Positions 46,581-55,860 of a stretch of 60,708 bases of DNA are shown here, piece by piece. The translations under genes were made by a program, and so were the position numbers. Where the stretch lies: the IMG/VR virus record IMGVR_UViG_3300042465_002807, positions 1 to 60,708 of that record, one strand, 5' to 3'. This stretch comes from a virus (Duplodnaviria > Caudoviricetes). Under the pieces are notes generated by a model. That model searched no databases. It saw only the letters and a program-made list of their open reading frames with translations, and was not told the origin of the DNA. Positions within the stretch are counted from its first letter, which is position 1. The number at the start of each line of letters is the position of its first letter.

Positions 46581-47029
46581 GTTTGTTAAATTTTTTCTCG
46601 GTGGGTAAAGAAATTGATACCCTCCAAGAACTAGAAATCGAGAAGGGTAAGATCCAACTTACTATCATGAAGATGGCTGCGGCCATTCTAGGCATCATTA
46701 TGATGTCGGTTGTTGTAACCATGATGATTGGCCTGTTTGTTCCAAATGAGACAATCGATAACAACGAAATCTTTAAGATTATTGGTCCTGCATTCTCGAC
46801 TATTGTTGGTGCTTTCGTCGGTGCATTTGCTACGATGATGGGCATGAAAGTTTCAGAACTTGATCCTAATGTCAAAGTTCAAGAGCTAGGTAAGACTGAT
46901 CATAAGGCACTAGCAGAAGCGCATGTTATCAATGCCCAAGCAGAATCAATTGAAGCTGACACAGAAATCAAACTGATGGCAGCAATTGACAAGTATAAAG
47001 ATTCAGACGAAGATCACGGACCATTCTAA
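46577..47029 (+). CDS. Two-TM membrane protein (holin-like candidate)
   Basis: Two hydrophobic helices (IDN.EIFKIIGPAF.TIVGAFVG); coupled to the endolysin gene. Confidence 0.55.
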   Translation: MSLLNFFSVGKEIDTLQELEIEKGKIQLTIMKMAAAILGIIMMSVVVTMMIGLFVPNETIDNNEIFKIIGPAFSTIVGAFVGAFATMMGMKVSELDPNVKVQELGKTDHKALAEAHVINAQAESIEADTEIKLMAAIDKYKDSDEDHGPF

Positions 47030-48204
47030 TGACACAGCTAACAGAACATTTTACTCTCGCAGAAATGATTGTATCGCCAACCGCAAAGCGTCTTGGCATC
47101 CCTAACACACCAACAGCCGAGCATATTGAAAACATGCGCTACTGTTGTGAGAAAATTCTTGAGCCAGTAAGAGCGAAGTTTGGTCCAGTTACCATCAACT
47201 CTTCTTACCGTGCGCCACTTGTCAATAAGGCAGTTGGTGGTTCTGCTACTTCACAACACGTTAACGGACAAGCAATTGACTTCGAAGTTAAGGGTGTTGA
47301 CAACAAGACCGTTGCTGACTGGGTTGCAGACAATCTAGAATTTGACCAGGTCATCCTTGAGTTTTACTCAGCCGGTGATAAGAACTCTGGTTGGGTTCAC
47401 GCCTCAATCAAGAAGGCTGGTGGCAATCGCCGTCAACGTTTGATTGCTTCTAAGTCCAAAGCTGGTGGCACAAAGTATACACCTGTTGCTGACTTTGACC
47501 CTCGCACAACTAAGGAAGCTGGTGCACCTGTAGTTGAAGCAGCCGCGCAAGTTGCTAAAGCTGCCGTTCAGGCGACATCAACTGCTGGACTTGGACCAAT
47601 GCAATCACTACAAGCGAAGTGTGGTGTAACGGCTGATGGTAAATGGGGACCTGGTACATTCAAGGCTGCTAGAGATTACTTCAAGCTATCAACTGCACAA
47701 GCAGCCCACTTCTTTGGTCAATGCGCCCACGAATCCGGCGGCTTTAAGGTATTCCAAGAGAACCTGAACTACTCAGACAAGGGTCTAAACGGCATCTTCA
47801 AGAAGTATTTCCCAACAATCGCTTCGACTGCTGGGTATGCTCGTAAGCCTGAAAAGATTGCGAACAAGGTCTATGCCAATCGTATGGGTAACGGACCAGA
47901 GTCATCGGGTGATGGCTGGAAGTTCCGCGGTCGTGGTCCAATCCAGCTGACAGGTAAGTCGAACTACACACAGTTTGCTTCCGATGTTGGACGCCCAGAC
48001 GTTCTAACAAATCCAGATATCGTCGCAACTGAATTAGCATTTGAATCCGCACTGTGGTTCTTTAATAAGAACGGTCTGTTCGCAATTGCTGGCAAGGGCG
48101 TAAGCGATGCCGTGATTGGCCAGATTACGCGCCGCGTAAACGGTGGTACACACGGACTTGATGACCGTATTAAGAAAACAAAACAATTTGCAAACTGGGG
48201 ATAA
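47029..48204 (+). CDS. Dual-domain endolysin: peptidase M15A plus GH19 glycoside hydrolase
   Basis: SSYR...N..VGG...SQH..GQAID...WVH; HFFGQCAHESGGF, ENLNYS, RGRGPIQLTG, ITRRVNGG. Confidence 0.9.
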   Translation: MTQLTEHFTLAEMIVSPTAKRLGIPNTPTAEHIENMRYCCEKILEPVRAKFGPVTINSSYRAPLVNKAVGGSATSQHVNGQAIDFEVKGVDNKTVADWVADNLEFDQVILEFYSAGDKNSGWVHASIKKAGGNRRQRLIASKSKAGGTKYTPVADFDPRTTKEAGAPVVEAAAQVAKAAVQATSTAGLGPMQSLQAKCGVTADGKWGPGTFKAARDYFKLSTAQAAHFFGQCAHESGGFKVFQENLNYSDKGLNGIFKKYFPTIASTAGYARKPEKIANKVYANRMGNGPESSGDGWKFRGRGPIQLTGKSNYTQFASDVGRPDVLTNPDIVATELAFESALWFFNKNGLFAIAGKGVSDAVIGQITRRVNGGTHGLDDRIKKTKQFANWG

Positions 48205-48208
48205 AACC

Positions 48209-48433
48209 ATGGAAAAGATTAAAGCATTTATTCTAAAATATCTTCCGTTCCTTGACTTCAATAAGGACGGAAAGATTGATGCTGCCGATGCGGCAGAGGC
48301 AAAGGTAAGAGCCGAAGAAATAAAAACAGAGGCAGCCGATGTGGTTGTTGCTGTCAAGGAAGCAGTAAAGCAATCGAAAGATGTTGTCTCTGCCGCCAAG
48401 GGCAAGAAGCGCACTGGGCCAAAGAAGAAGTAA
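48209..48433 (+). CDS. Small hypothetical protein with an EF-hand-like DFNKDGKID loop
   Basis: DxNxDG motif; Ala/Lys-rich tail. Confidence 0.55.
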   Translation: MEKIKAFILKYLPFLDFNKDGKIDAADAAEAKVRAEEIKTEAADVVVAVKEAVKQSKDVVSAAKGKKRTGPKKK

Positions 48434-48898
48434 ATGGATTCTTTGGAAACAAAAGTCGCGGTAATCGAACATGACCTGAAACAAATTCAGGTTGTGTTCA
48501 GCCGTCTTGACTTGGCGATTGAAAAGATCGGCGATGTTTCCAACTGCATCAATAAAATGCTTGCGGTTCACGATACTAAACTTGAGGCGCAAGAAAATGT
48601 CAACGAAGATATCTACCAGAGTTTAGAGGTGCACCGCAACGAAACTAAGGCGAGTAATGCTGAGTTACATTCGCGTATCACCACGACCACTCGGGAACTT
48701 GAAGCAAAAATTCAAAACACCGAAGATAAACTTCTCAATGCTATCGGCGATCTTAAAAGGTCGGTAGAAAAAGAAGAAGAAAAACATAAAGAACGTATTG
48801 ACAAACTGGAAAAAACCAAGTATGTCATGATAGGTGGTGGCATAGTTATTGGTGCTATCATCACAAAAATTCTACCAATGGTGATGAAGTTCTTCTAA
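48434..48898 (+). CDS. Coiled-coil protein with a C-terminal TM
   Basis: Heptad pattern, MLAVHD..L, C-terminal hydrophobic GGGIVIGAII. Confidence 0.6.
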   Translation: MDSLETKVAVIEHDLKQIQVVFSRLDLAIEKIGDVSNCINKMLAVHDTKLEAQENVNEDIYQSLEVHRNETKASNAELHSRITTTTRELEAKIQNTEDKLLNAIGDLKRSVEKEEEKHKERIDKLEKTKYVMIGGGIVIGAIITKILPMVMKFF

Positions 48899-48903
48899 AA
48901 GGG

Positions 48904-48932
48904 TTGACTTGCACCAGCTAATGGTGTATAGT
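48904..48932 (+). promoter_or_regulatory. sigma70-like promoter for primase
   Basis: TTGACT-17-TATAGT. Confidence 0.65.
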
Positions 48933-48939
48933 GAAATCT

Positions 48940-49980
48940 ATGAGCGCATATATTGATATTCAGTTTCTCCATGCCATTTCGTATCGTCTGGAGAACTTCA
49001 AGAAAAAATCTAATGATCTTTGGAACTGCAGGTGTCCCATCTGCGGTGACTCCTCGCGTAACAAGAGAAAAGCCAGAGGTTATTTCTTCTTGGGTAAGAA
49101 CGACTTGAACTACAAGTGCCATAACTGCGGCGTATCTATGGGGTTCGGCAACTTTCTCAAACAGTTTGATGACAATCAATATAAACAGTATGTGATTCAA
49201 CGTTACGCCGATACAGCTAAAGTTGGACCTGCAAAGTCACACAAGAAAATTCAAGACGTTCTAGATTTTTCGCCGCCCGTATTCACTAAGAAGCCAGACC
49301 CTAAACTCATCGACCAGATTATGGATCGACTTGACACACTACCAGACGACCATGAGGTAATTCAATATGTTACTGACCGCAAAATCCCTCGCGATGCTTT
49401 TAGTCGGTTGTATTTCATACCTAATGTTAAAGACATCATACAACTTAATTCCAAATACAAAGACTCCATCATCACAACCGAACCGCGGCTTGCGATTCCT
49501 TTTTTTGATGGCTCTGGTAAACTCTTGGTTGTTAGCCTTCGCGGAATCAGAGGCGAGTCGTTACGTTATATTAATGTTAAGGTAGATGAAGATGCGCCTT
49601 CTATTTTTGGTTTGGATCAGGTCGATACTAGCAAAGAAATACTTGTCGTCGAAGGGCCGCTTGACTCCCTTTTTCTGGATAATTCTATTGCTTGTGCTGG
49701 AACATCATTCGGAAAAATCGATCAACTCCCAATCGAAAAAGAAAACTTAACAATTATTTTCGATAATCAACCAAAAAATCGAGACGTTGGTAAGTTGATG
49801 AATAAGTATATAGAGATGGGATATAAGATGGTCATTTGGCCAGACAGTGTTCCCGGTAAAGATATTAATGAAATGATTGAAAACGGATTGACATCCTCTG
49901 AGATTCAGTCCATTATAAATGATAATACTTTTAAAGGACTGGCAGCAAAGGCGAGATACGCCATGTGGAGGAAGATATGA
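48940..49980 (+). CDS. gp61: DNA primase (gp61)
   Basis: CRCPICGDS...KARG, CHNC zinc finger, VEGPLDSLFL, FDNQP.N, KDINEM. Confidence 0.96.
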   Translation: MSAYIDIQFLHAISYRLENFKKKSNDLWNCRCPICGDSSRNKRKARGYFFLGKNDLNYKCHNCGVSMGFGNFLKQFDDNQYKQYVIQRYADTAKVGPAKSHKKIQDVLDFSPPVFTKKPDPKLIDQIMDRLDTLPDDHEVIQYVTDRKIPRDAFSRLYFIPNVKDIIQLNSKYKDSIITTEPRLAIPFFDGSGKLLVVSLRGIRGESLRYINVKVDEDAPSIFGLDQVDTSKEILVVEGPLDSLFLDNSIACAGTSFGKIDQLPIEKENLTIIFDNQPKNRDVGKLMNKYIEMGYKMVIWPDSVPGKDINEMIENGLTSSEIQSIINDNTFKGLAAKARYAMWRKI

Positions 49981-50675
49981 AGTTTAAACCTAATGATATA
50001 TTAATACTGGGTGATAGCTTCTGCGCTTACCGGGAAGCACCCACCGACTGGCCCATGGTAGTAAGTCAAAAATTGACTGGACAAAACCATATTCCAAGAG
50101 GAGCAGGTTTTGCTGGTGGAAGCTGGTGGAGTGTTCGGCAAGCATTACTTAAAGAAATTAAAAGACGAATTCCAAAAGTATTAATATTATGTCATACCGA
50201 AGCTAATAGAATTCCTAACGACTATAACTTAGGAATAAATTCATCAAGTGCATTGAGAGGCACATTTTCAAACCAGCATTGTAAAGAGTATATTAGTGAA
50301 GAAAAATTACAGCGTATTGCAGAAGCTAGTAAATTATATTATGAAGAACTATGGTCAGATGAATACTGCCAATGGGCACAAAAATCATGGTTTCGAGAAT
50401 TGGACCAAATGATAGAAAAATGGGGTATTCCGTATGTTATACACTTACAATGTTGGCCAAATGACTACACGTTTAAAAATTCTATAACTATCCGAGAAAA
50501 TTTAGTCTCAATACAGTCGCATGATCCATTTATGGTTTCAACCCTGCACAATCACTTTACAGATGATTTGAACCAAAAATTTGGAAATAAAATAGTTGAA
50601 CTAATACTGAATTATAAGACAGGCCTGCAAAAAATCAATTTGCCGGTAAACTATCCCGCGGGGAGGAAAGTATGA
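49977..50675 (+). CDS. Hypothetical protein, SGNH-like
   Basis: ILGDSFC N-terminal block, G..GGS, C-terminal NHF. Confidence 0.55.
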   Translation: MKFKPNDILILGDSFCAYREAPTDWPMVVSQKLTGQNHIPRGAGFAGGSWWSVRQALLKEIKRRIPKVLILCHTEANRIPNDYNLGINSSSALRGTFSNQHCKEYISEEKLQRIAEASKLYYEELWSDEYCQWAQKSWFRELDQMIEKWGIPYVIHLQCWPNDYTFKNSITIRENLVSIQSHDPFMVSTLHNHFTDDLNQKFGNKIVELILNYKTGLQKINLPVNYPAGRKV

Positions 50676-50938
50676 GCGAACTAGTCGCTAATGAATATGG
50701 CGTAGAAATTCGCCATACCAGAATTACAAAGCTACGTATTCATCGAACAGACGATATGTGGCTGGTCGAATACCGCCGCGAACCTCGCTGGTTCCTTGGT
50801 CTTGACCGCTGGTGGTGGTTCGATGATGGTAGATATGCAAATTATGCCGACGCAACTGACCGTGTAGACCATCTATTGGGTGTTGGTTTCGTAAGCAAGG
50901 CACAGTTCCAGGCAGTTAAAGAATTTGAAGTTGAGTAA
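50672..50938 (+). CDS. Hypothetical protein
   Basis: GGAGG RBS, Trp-rich. Confidence 0.6.
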   Translation: MSELVANEYGVEIRHTRITKLRIHRTDDMWLVEYRREPRWFLGLDRWWWFDDGRYANYADATDRVDHLLGVGFVSKAQFQAVKEFEVE

Positions 50939-51861
50939 TGCAAGACACTCTAGATGATTGGATCTCTGTTTCATTTACAGATACCGATATGGTCTGGAAT
51001 GTAAACATCACAGAAGAAATGCTGGACATTGCTAACTCAGCAACACTAGAAGAAAATTGTAAACTTGCGGTAACTAATCTACCTTCTACAATTGGTAGTC
51101 GACCTGCTGTTTGTTTCAGTGGTGGTATAGATAGCCAAACTGTTGTTGACACCTTTCTATATGCAGGAGTTACACCTGAAGTTGTAATATTCAACTTCCT
51201 AGATGACCATAATATACATGATGTTAGCCATGCTATAAAGTTTTGTGAGTCTCGAAACATAACTCCGCGTTTGATCGACTTCGATGTTATACGGTTTCTA
51301 AATAACCAGTCGTATGATTTTGCTACCAAGTATAAAATCTCAAGTCCGCAATTTGCTGTGCATTTATATCTGGCAGGTAAATTGAAAGATTTGGGATATA
51401 CCTCTGTAATTTTTGGTGGGAATACTCTATCACAATATGTAAGAGGAGGGTTTTATACTCCTAGTAAAGAAGAAACTGATTGGTGTAAATATTCACGAGA
51501 AATAAACTTTCCGATCATAGGCAGTTTTTGGTTACAGGACTGGAGATTATCTTTGATGGCAACAATATACTTGCCATACTATGATGAAGGCATCGATAAT
51601 TATCAGTCAAAGATTACAGGGTATAGAACTATGGGGTATGATGTAATACCTCAAGAGCAAAAATACAATGGGTTTGAAACTATTAAAAAATATTATGAAG
51701 AAATGACTGGTGATGGATGGACATTCGAACATCGATTTCGAGAACCAATAAAGAGATATGCGGGCATCTATAAAAATAATCGTATTGTAGTTGATCCTAA
51801 GATTTCAAATCGAATACGTGATATGAAACAGAAAATCTATCAGGAAATACTCTATGCTTGA
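50938..51861 (+). CDS. PP-loop (N-type ATP pyrophosphatase / asparagine-synthetase-like) protein
   Basis: CFSGGIDSQ motif; QKYNGFE C-terminal motif. Confidence 0.7.
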   Translation: MQDTLDDWISVSFTDTDMVWNVNITEEMLDIANSATLEENCKLAVTNLPSTIGSRPAVCFSGGIDSQTVVDTFLYAGVTPEVVIFNFLDDHNIHDVSHAIKFCESRNITPRLIDFDVIRFLNNQSYDFATKYKISSPQFAVHLYLAGKLKDLGYTSVIFGGNTLSQYVRGGFYTPSKEETDWCKYSREINFPIIGSFWLQDWRLSLMATIYLPYYDEGIDNYQSKITGYRTMGYDVIPQEQKYNGFETIKKYYEEMTGDGWTFEHRFREPIKRYAGIYKNNRIVVDPKISNRIRDMKQKIYQEILYA

Positions 51862-52840
51862 CCCACAGAAACTTCTCATATTAAGAGAACAGTTGATTGG
51901 TGGACACAGTGATATACTGGAGATAGCACAATCCTACGCACGTTTGGCGGAAGAAACACTTGTGTCACTGACAAATGCAACAGTGACCGAATTTGAACGG
52001 ACACATGGGAAGATTTCAGGCTGTGAACTGGTGATTGTTGCGCTAGGTAGTCTGGGCTGTGGGCAGATGACGCATACATCGGACTTGGACATTATTCTAC
52101 TGTTCACTGGTAATCCTTCATCACAATCTGATGGCCTGAACACACTGGATGCTACACAATACTATAATCAGTTAGCAAAGCAGGTAGTTACTACTCTAAA
52201 TGCAGTATATGAAACTAATATAGGATTTCAACCATGGCATACAGAAGATAGGTTTTGCACACCCTTGGAAAGTTTTGAGCAATATCATAGAGAAATTGCG
52301 TGGCCTCATGAACATGTAGCACTTGCTAGGGCGCGTGTGGTATTTGGCTCTTCCGACACAAGAACACATATTGATACAATTATTTGTGATATTTTACTTG
52401 CACAGCGCAATGCTGATAAACTGCGCAACCGGATAGCAGCAAGACGCGAGGACATTGCGGTGCAACACCGCCCCGCAGAGGGTCCGCTGGATGTGAAATA
52501 TTTGACCGGCGGATTACTGGATATGGAGTATATCGCTCACACTTTGCAGTTGGAGACGCAAGTTGGTATGAAACCCCAACTTGCTCTTGTAATAGATGAA
52601 TTAATTGCAGCAGGTTATCTAACATCTGACTTCGCCGATGCACATAGCATGATGATGTGTTTGAAGATGCTTGTGTGTATACTCGCACCCGATTATGCAG
52701 TCCCAGATGAGGAAACAAGACAACTGATTGCAAACAGATTAGACTATGACGGCTGGGATGAATTGATGCAAGCACTCATGTATTATCGCGGAGTTGTTAT
52801 GTCTCAGTGGCAAAATATATTCGACCCTGCATTTTTTTGA
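51854..52840 (+). CDS. glnE: Stand-alone GlnE adenylyltransferase (C-terminal) domain, motif-degenerate
   Basis: ALGSLG.G.MTHTSDLDIILLF, F..Y....AW..EH.AL.RAR, DVK...GGL.D.E.I.H.LQL. Confidence 0.8.
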   Translation: MLDPQKLLILREQLIGGHSDILEIAQSYARLAEETLVSLTNATVTEFERTHGKISGCELVIVALGSLGCGQMTHTSDLDIILLFTGNPSSQSDGLNTLDATQYYNQLAKQVVTTLNAVYETNIGFQPWHTEDRFCTPLESFEQYHREIAWPHEHVALARARVVFGSSDTRTHIDTIICDILLAQRNADKLRNRIAARREDIAVQHRPAEGPLDVKYLTGGLLDMEYIAHTLQLETQVGMKPQLALVIDELIAAGYLTSDFADAHSMMMCLKMLVCILAPDYAVPDEETRQLIANRLDYDGWDELMQALMYYRGVVMSQWQNIFDPAFF

Positions 52841-52852
52841 TTGGACTAACTG

Positions 52853-53359
52853 ATGAGTTATAAGATATATCGAAATATATTTACACCTGAAATATGTGCG
52901 GAACTGATTGATATGGTACCCACATTATCAGAAAACTTCACCACATTCGCGGGCGTAGAAACAATAAGAAAACTGGAGTCAACTAGACGTTCTGATATTG
53001 CATTCTATTTGAACCAACTATCTGAGTCAGAGTCGCAAAAGTATTGTGATATGATTTATTCTCATATTCCTAATGTTAGAGCAACTGCATTTAGAATAAT
53101 GCATTATCCTCCGGGGTCTTGCATTAGAGACCATCGAGATACATGGGCAAAAATAGATGGTGAATCTAATTCTGGTTTAATAATTCAATTAAATGATCCT
53201 AACTCATATGAAGGCGGATATCTTGCAATCGAAAGAGAATTTATAAACCTAGATATCGGCGATGGTGTTTATTATGGATATGAAAATTTACATGGTGTAT
53301 CAACTATAAAGAAATCTGAACGTTGGATTCTCAATGTTCGAATGCTCACGGAGAGATAA
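52853..53359 (+). CDS. 2OG-Fe(II) oxygenase
   Basis: HRD, YEGG, HGV, R motifs. Confidence 0.85.
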   Translation: MSYKIYRNIFTPEICAELIDMVPTLSENFTTFAGVETIRKLESTRRSDIAFYLNQLSESESQKYCDMIYSHIPNVRATAFRIMHYPPGSCIRDHRDTWAKIDGESNSGLIIQLNDPNSYEGGYLAIEREFINLDIGDGVYYGYENLHGVSTIKKSERWILNVRMLTER

Positions 53360-53360
53360 A

Positions 53361-54083
53361 ATGCAGGGATTTGAGAACGATAAATTCATATTCTATACAG
53401 CAGGTAAAATCGGGACAAGAACTCTGATGTATACCGATGGTATGAGAGATCTTACGATGCCTTGGGATATACCTACGCACCTACAATTTTCATTGCGTAA
53501 AGAAGCACTCAATGTCATACTTGGGCAAAAAGAAATTACAGGTAAGAAGATTATAATCTTGATCCGCGAACCTGTATCGAGGTTTCATAGTGGAATGTTT
53601 GAACTCATTGCTAAGATTTTGGGTGGGCCATATATTAAGCAGATTCTGTCACAAGGCGGTGATGTATCCTTTCTTAATGACCCATCTTTCTGGGGAAGAA
53701 TGAACGAACAATGTTTGCGGTTTTCTTCTAGAAGTTGGTCACCACATAAAGAATTTGAGAGCCACAGGTGGCAATATCATATAGGCAACTGGTTACATGA
53801 CGCAGAAATGGTTTCTGAAATTTATCCTGATAGTATCATATTAAACATCAAAGACCTAAGTAGTTTCTTAGTCTCAAACAACATACCTAACTCGCACTTG
53901 AATAAATATTCAAATATCGTTCCAGATGAATATGAATACGATACTAAAACCGTATTTGATGCATATATTCAAGGATTAGAAATGTTAACACATAGAAAAC
54001 CTAGATTTGATACATACCTGGCACCTGAAAAAGAGTGCTATGAAAGACTAATAAATAGTCAACAATATTATAGAGTAGAATGA
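53361..54083 (+). CDS. Sulfotransferase-like protein
   Basis: PAPS-binding-like KIGTRTL and IREPVSRFHSG. Confidence 0.6.
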   Translation: MQGFENDKFIFYTAGKIGTRTLMYTDGMRDLTMPWDIPTHLQFSLRKEALNVILGQKEITGKKIIILIREPVSRFHSGMFELIAKILGGPYIKQILSQGGDVSFLNDPSFWGRMNEQCLRFSSRSWSPHKEFESHRWQYHIGNWLHDAEMVSEIYPDSIILNIKDLSSFLVSNNIPNSHLNKYSNIVPDEYEYDTKTVFDAYIQGLEMLTHRKPRFDTYLAPEKECYERLINSQQYYRVE

Positions 54084-54091
54084 ATTAATTA

Positions 54092-54186
54092 CGGAAATCT
54101 ATAAAATAATTCTGCCATGATTGATTCCAAGGTGTTGAAACGAATAAATAGTATGAAACAACAGATGTATGAGGAAAATCTAAATG
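54092..54186 (+). pseudogene. Diverged remnant of the 3' end of the PP-loop gene (homologous to 51761-51856)
   Basis: Hand alignment about 65/96 nt identical with one gap; encodes IDSKVLKRINSMKQQMYEE vs VDPKISNRIRDMKQKIYQE. Confidence 0.65.
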
Positions 54187-55857
54187 AATTTTAATGTTCA
54201 ATTTGAAACTGCGGATGCAAGAAACAGTTTTGCCAATAAAGTCGGGCTCGCAACTGAAGCCACAACTAGTATTGCAGTTAATGCAAATCTATTTACGTAT
54301 GCGATGCGGTATCCAGACGCACAGGTGTCATATGATGGCGCAACGATAAACCTTATTGTTGAAACTTCATATTTACCTAACTGTCCAGAGCATAGTGTGA
54401 TTTCCACCGAGGGTTCGTATTCGGTTGTCGAGACTACAGACCCTATTGGGTTTTATACTGCTTGTTCTGGTAATGTCGATTGCGCAGACGTTTCAATAAA
54501 ACTTCTGTCGCCGCTTTCGGGTACATCAATTACGACACCGAATGATTGGGCGAGACGCAGAACTTCTAATCGCTTTAGACCGTTCAAAGAATTTAAAACT
54601 TTTAATATTACCACCACAAATAAACCTGTTGTTTTTGTTGTCGATTCGGGGATAAGTTCTCACCAAGAACTCGAAGGTGTCGAAATAGTAAACTTTGGTA
54701 AACTATCTTATGATTCTTATACAGATAACCTAGGACACGGAACTGCGATTGCTTCTTGCATAGCGGGTGCAAATGTTGGTGTTACGCAAAATGTCACTCT
54801 TTATAACTATAAGGTAATTGATGATACAAAACCAACGATGCTTGAACTCGGAACTGTTCTAGACGAGATTAAAGAATTTAAACTAAACAATCCATCTTCC
54901 AATGTGACCATCAATGTCAGTTGGGCAACTCCATACAGTCCTTACTTGATTAACAAGTTTCTTGATGTGATTTCCGCTGGATGTGTTGTTGTCTGTGCTG
55001 CTGGTAATGGAGCAGATGATGTTTCCAATTATACTCCAGCCGGTATGCCAGAAGTTATCACGGTTGGTGCTATCGACGATGATGATATCGTTGCTGGATT
55101 TACTGCAACTTCAACAGCGGATGCATCTGTATCTTCTCCATATGGGCAATCTCTAGACATCTTTGCGCCAGGGGTTGATGTAGATGTTGCCTCCATAAAT
55201 GGTAACTATACAAGAGTGAGTGGTACTTCTTTCGCCGCACCATATGTTACAGCGGCCGCTGCACTAATTCAATCAATTTCAGTTACTCCGCCATCTCATG
55301 CACAAGTTTTAAATCTTATATCTGCAACTTCGTCGAAGGGTTCTGTGTTGTTCAACAGAGAAAACTTTAGCGCCAATCAAAATAAGATTGTTCAAATTAT
55401 CAATGGTGATATTACTGAGAGTAAACAATATTATCTTGGAACGTTAAGTGGCTCCACTGAAAGTCTTTTGGTACGCTCGGCCGTTTATGGTTTTAATTAT
55501 ATTAACAATTTAGATGTTCTTTTCCCAGAGACTACAGGCGTGGCATACACATTGGCGTGGGAAGATTCTGATCAGCAACAAAGATATGCGGAACATGTTG
55601 TATTTGACGGACAGACCGGAGAAACAACCATCAATATTCCAACATCCTTATTAGCAGAAGATGTTGATTTTGAAAGAGTCAATATTAGCCTTTCAAAAGT
55701 TACACAATATTCGGCGCAAACATGTAGTGGATTTTTCTACATTACTTCCAGTGAAGAACCACCAGTGTCTATAAGCGAAGATTTAAGTTTTGCTGACTAT
55801 GTTGATGTTAGCACTATGTCTTCTGGATTGATACTGGCCCGTACCGCTAAACCATAA
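54184..55857 (+). CDS. Subtilisin-like S8 serine protease
   Basis: VVDSGI (Asp), GHGTAIA (His), AAGN, SGTSFAAP (Ser). Confidence 0.92.
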   Translation: MNFNVQFETADARNSFANKVGLATEATTSIAVNANLFTYAMRYPDAQVSYDGATINLIVETSYLPNCPEHSVISTEGSYSVVETTDPIGFYTACSGNVDCADVSIKLLSPLSGTSITTPNDWARRRTSNRFRPFKEFKTFNITTTNKPVVFVVDSGISSHQELEGVEIVNFGKLSYDSYTDNLGHGTAIASCIAGANVGVTQNVTLYNYKVIDDTKPTMLELGTVLDEIKEFKLNNPSSNVTINVSWATPYSPYLINKFLDVISAGCVVVCAAGNGADDVSNYTPAGMPEVITVGAIDDDDIVAGFTATSTADASVSSPYGQSLDIFAPGVDVDVASINGNYTRVSGTSFAAPYVTAAAALIQSISVTPPSHAQVLNLISATSSKGSVLFNRENFSANQNKIVQIINGDITESKQYYLGTLSGSTESLLVRSAVYGFNYINNLDVLFPETTGVAYTLAWEDSDQQQRYAEHVVFDGQTGETTINIPTSLLAEDVDFERVNISLSKVTQYSAQTCSGFFYITSSEEPPVSISEDLSFADYVDVSTMSSGLILARTAKP

Positions 55858-55860
55858 TGT

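Noticed and set aside
48910-48926. Short inverted repeats in the primase and thyX promoter spacers
   Set aside because: Only 5-bp arms with different sequences; could be chance
50660-50675. GGAGGAAAGTATGA resembling the primase 3' end (GGAGGAAGATATGA) as an insertion duplication
   Set aside because: Too short; can be explained by shared RBS plus ATGA coupling
54117-54194. 25-aa ORF MIDSKVLKRINSMKQQMYEENLNEF as a RiPP precursor
   Set aside because: Better explained as a remnant of the PP-loop gene 3' end; no RBS
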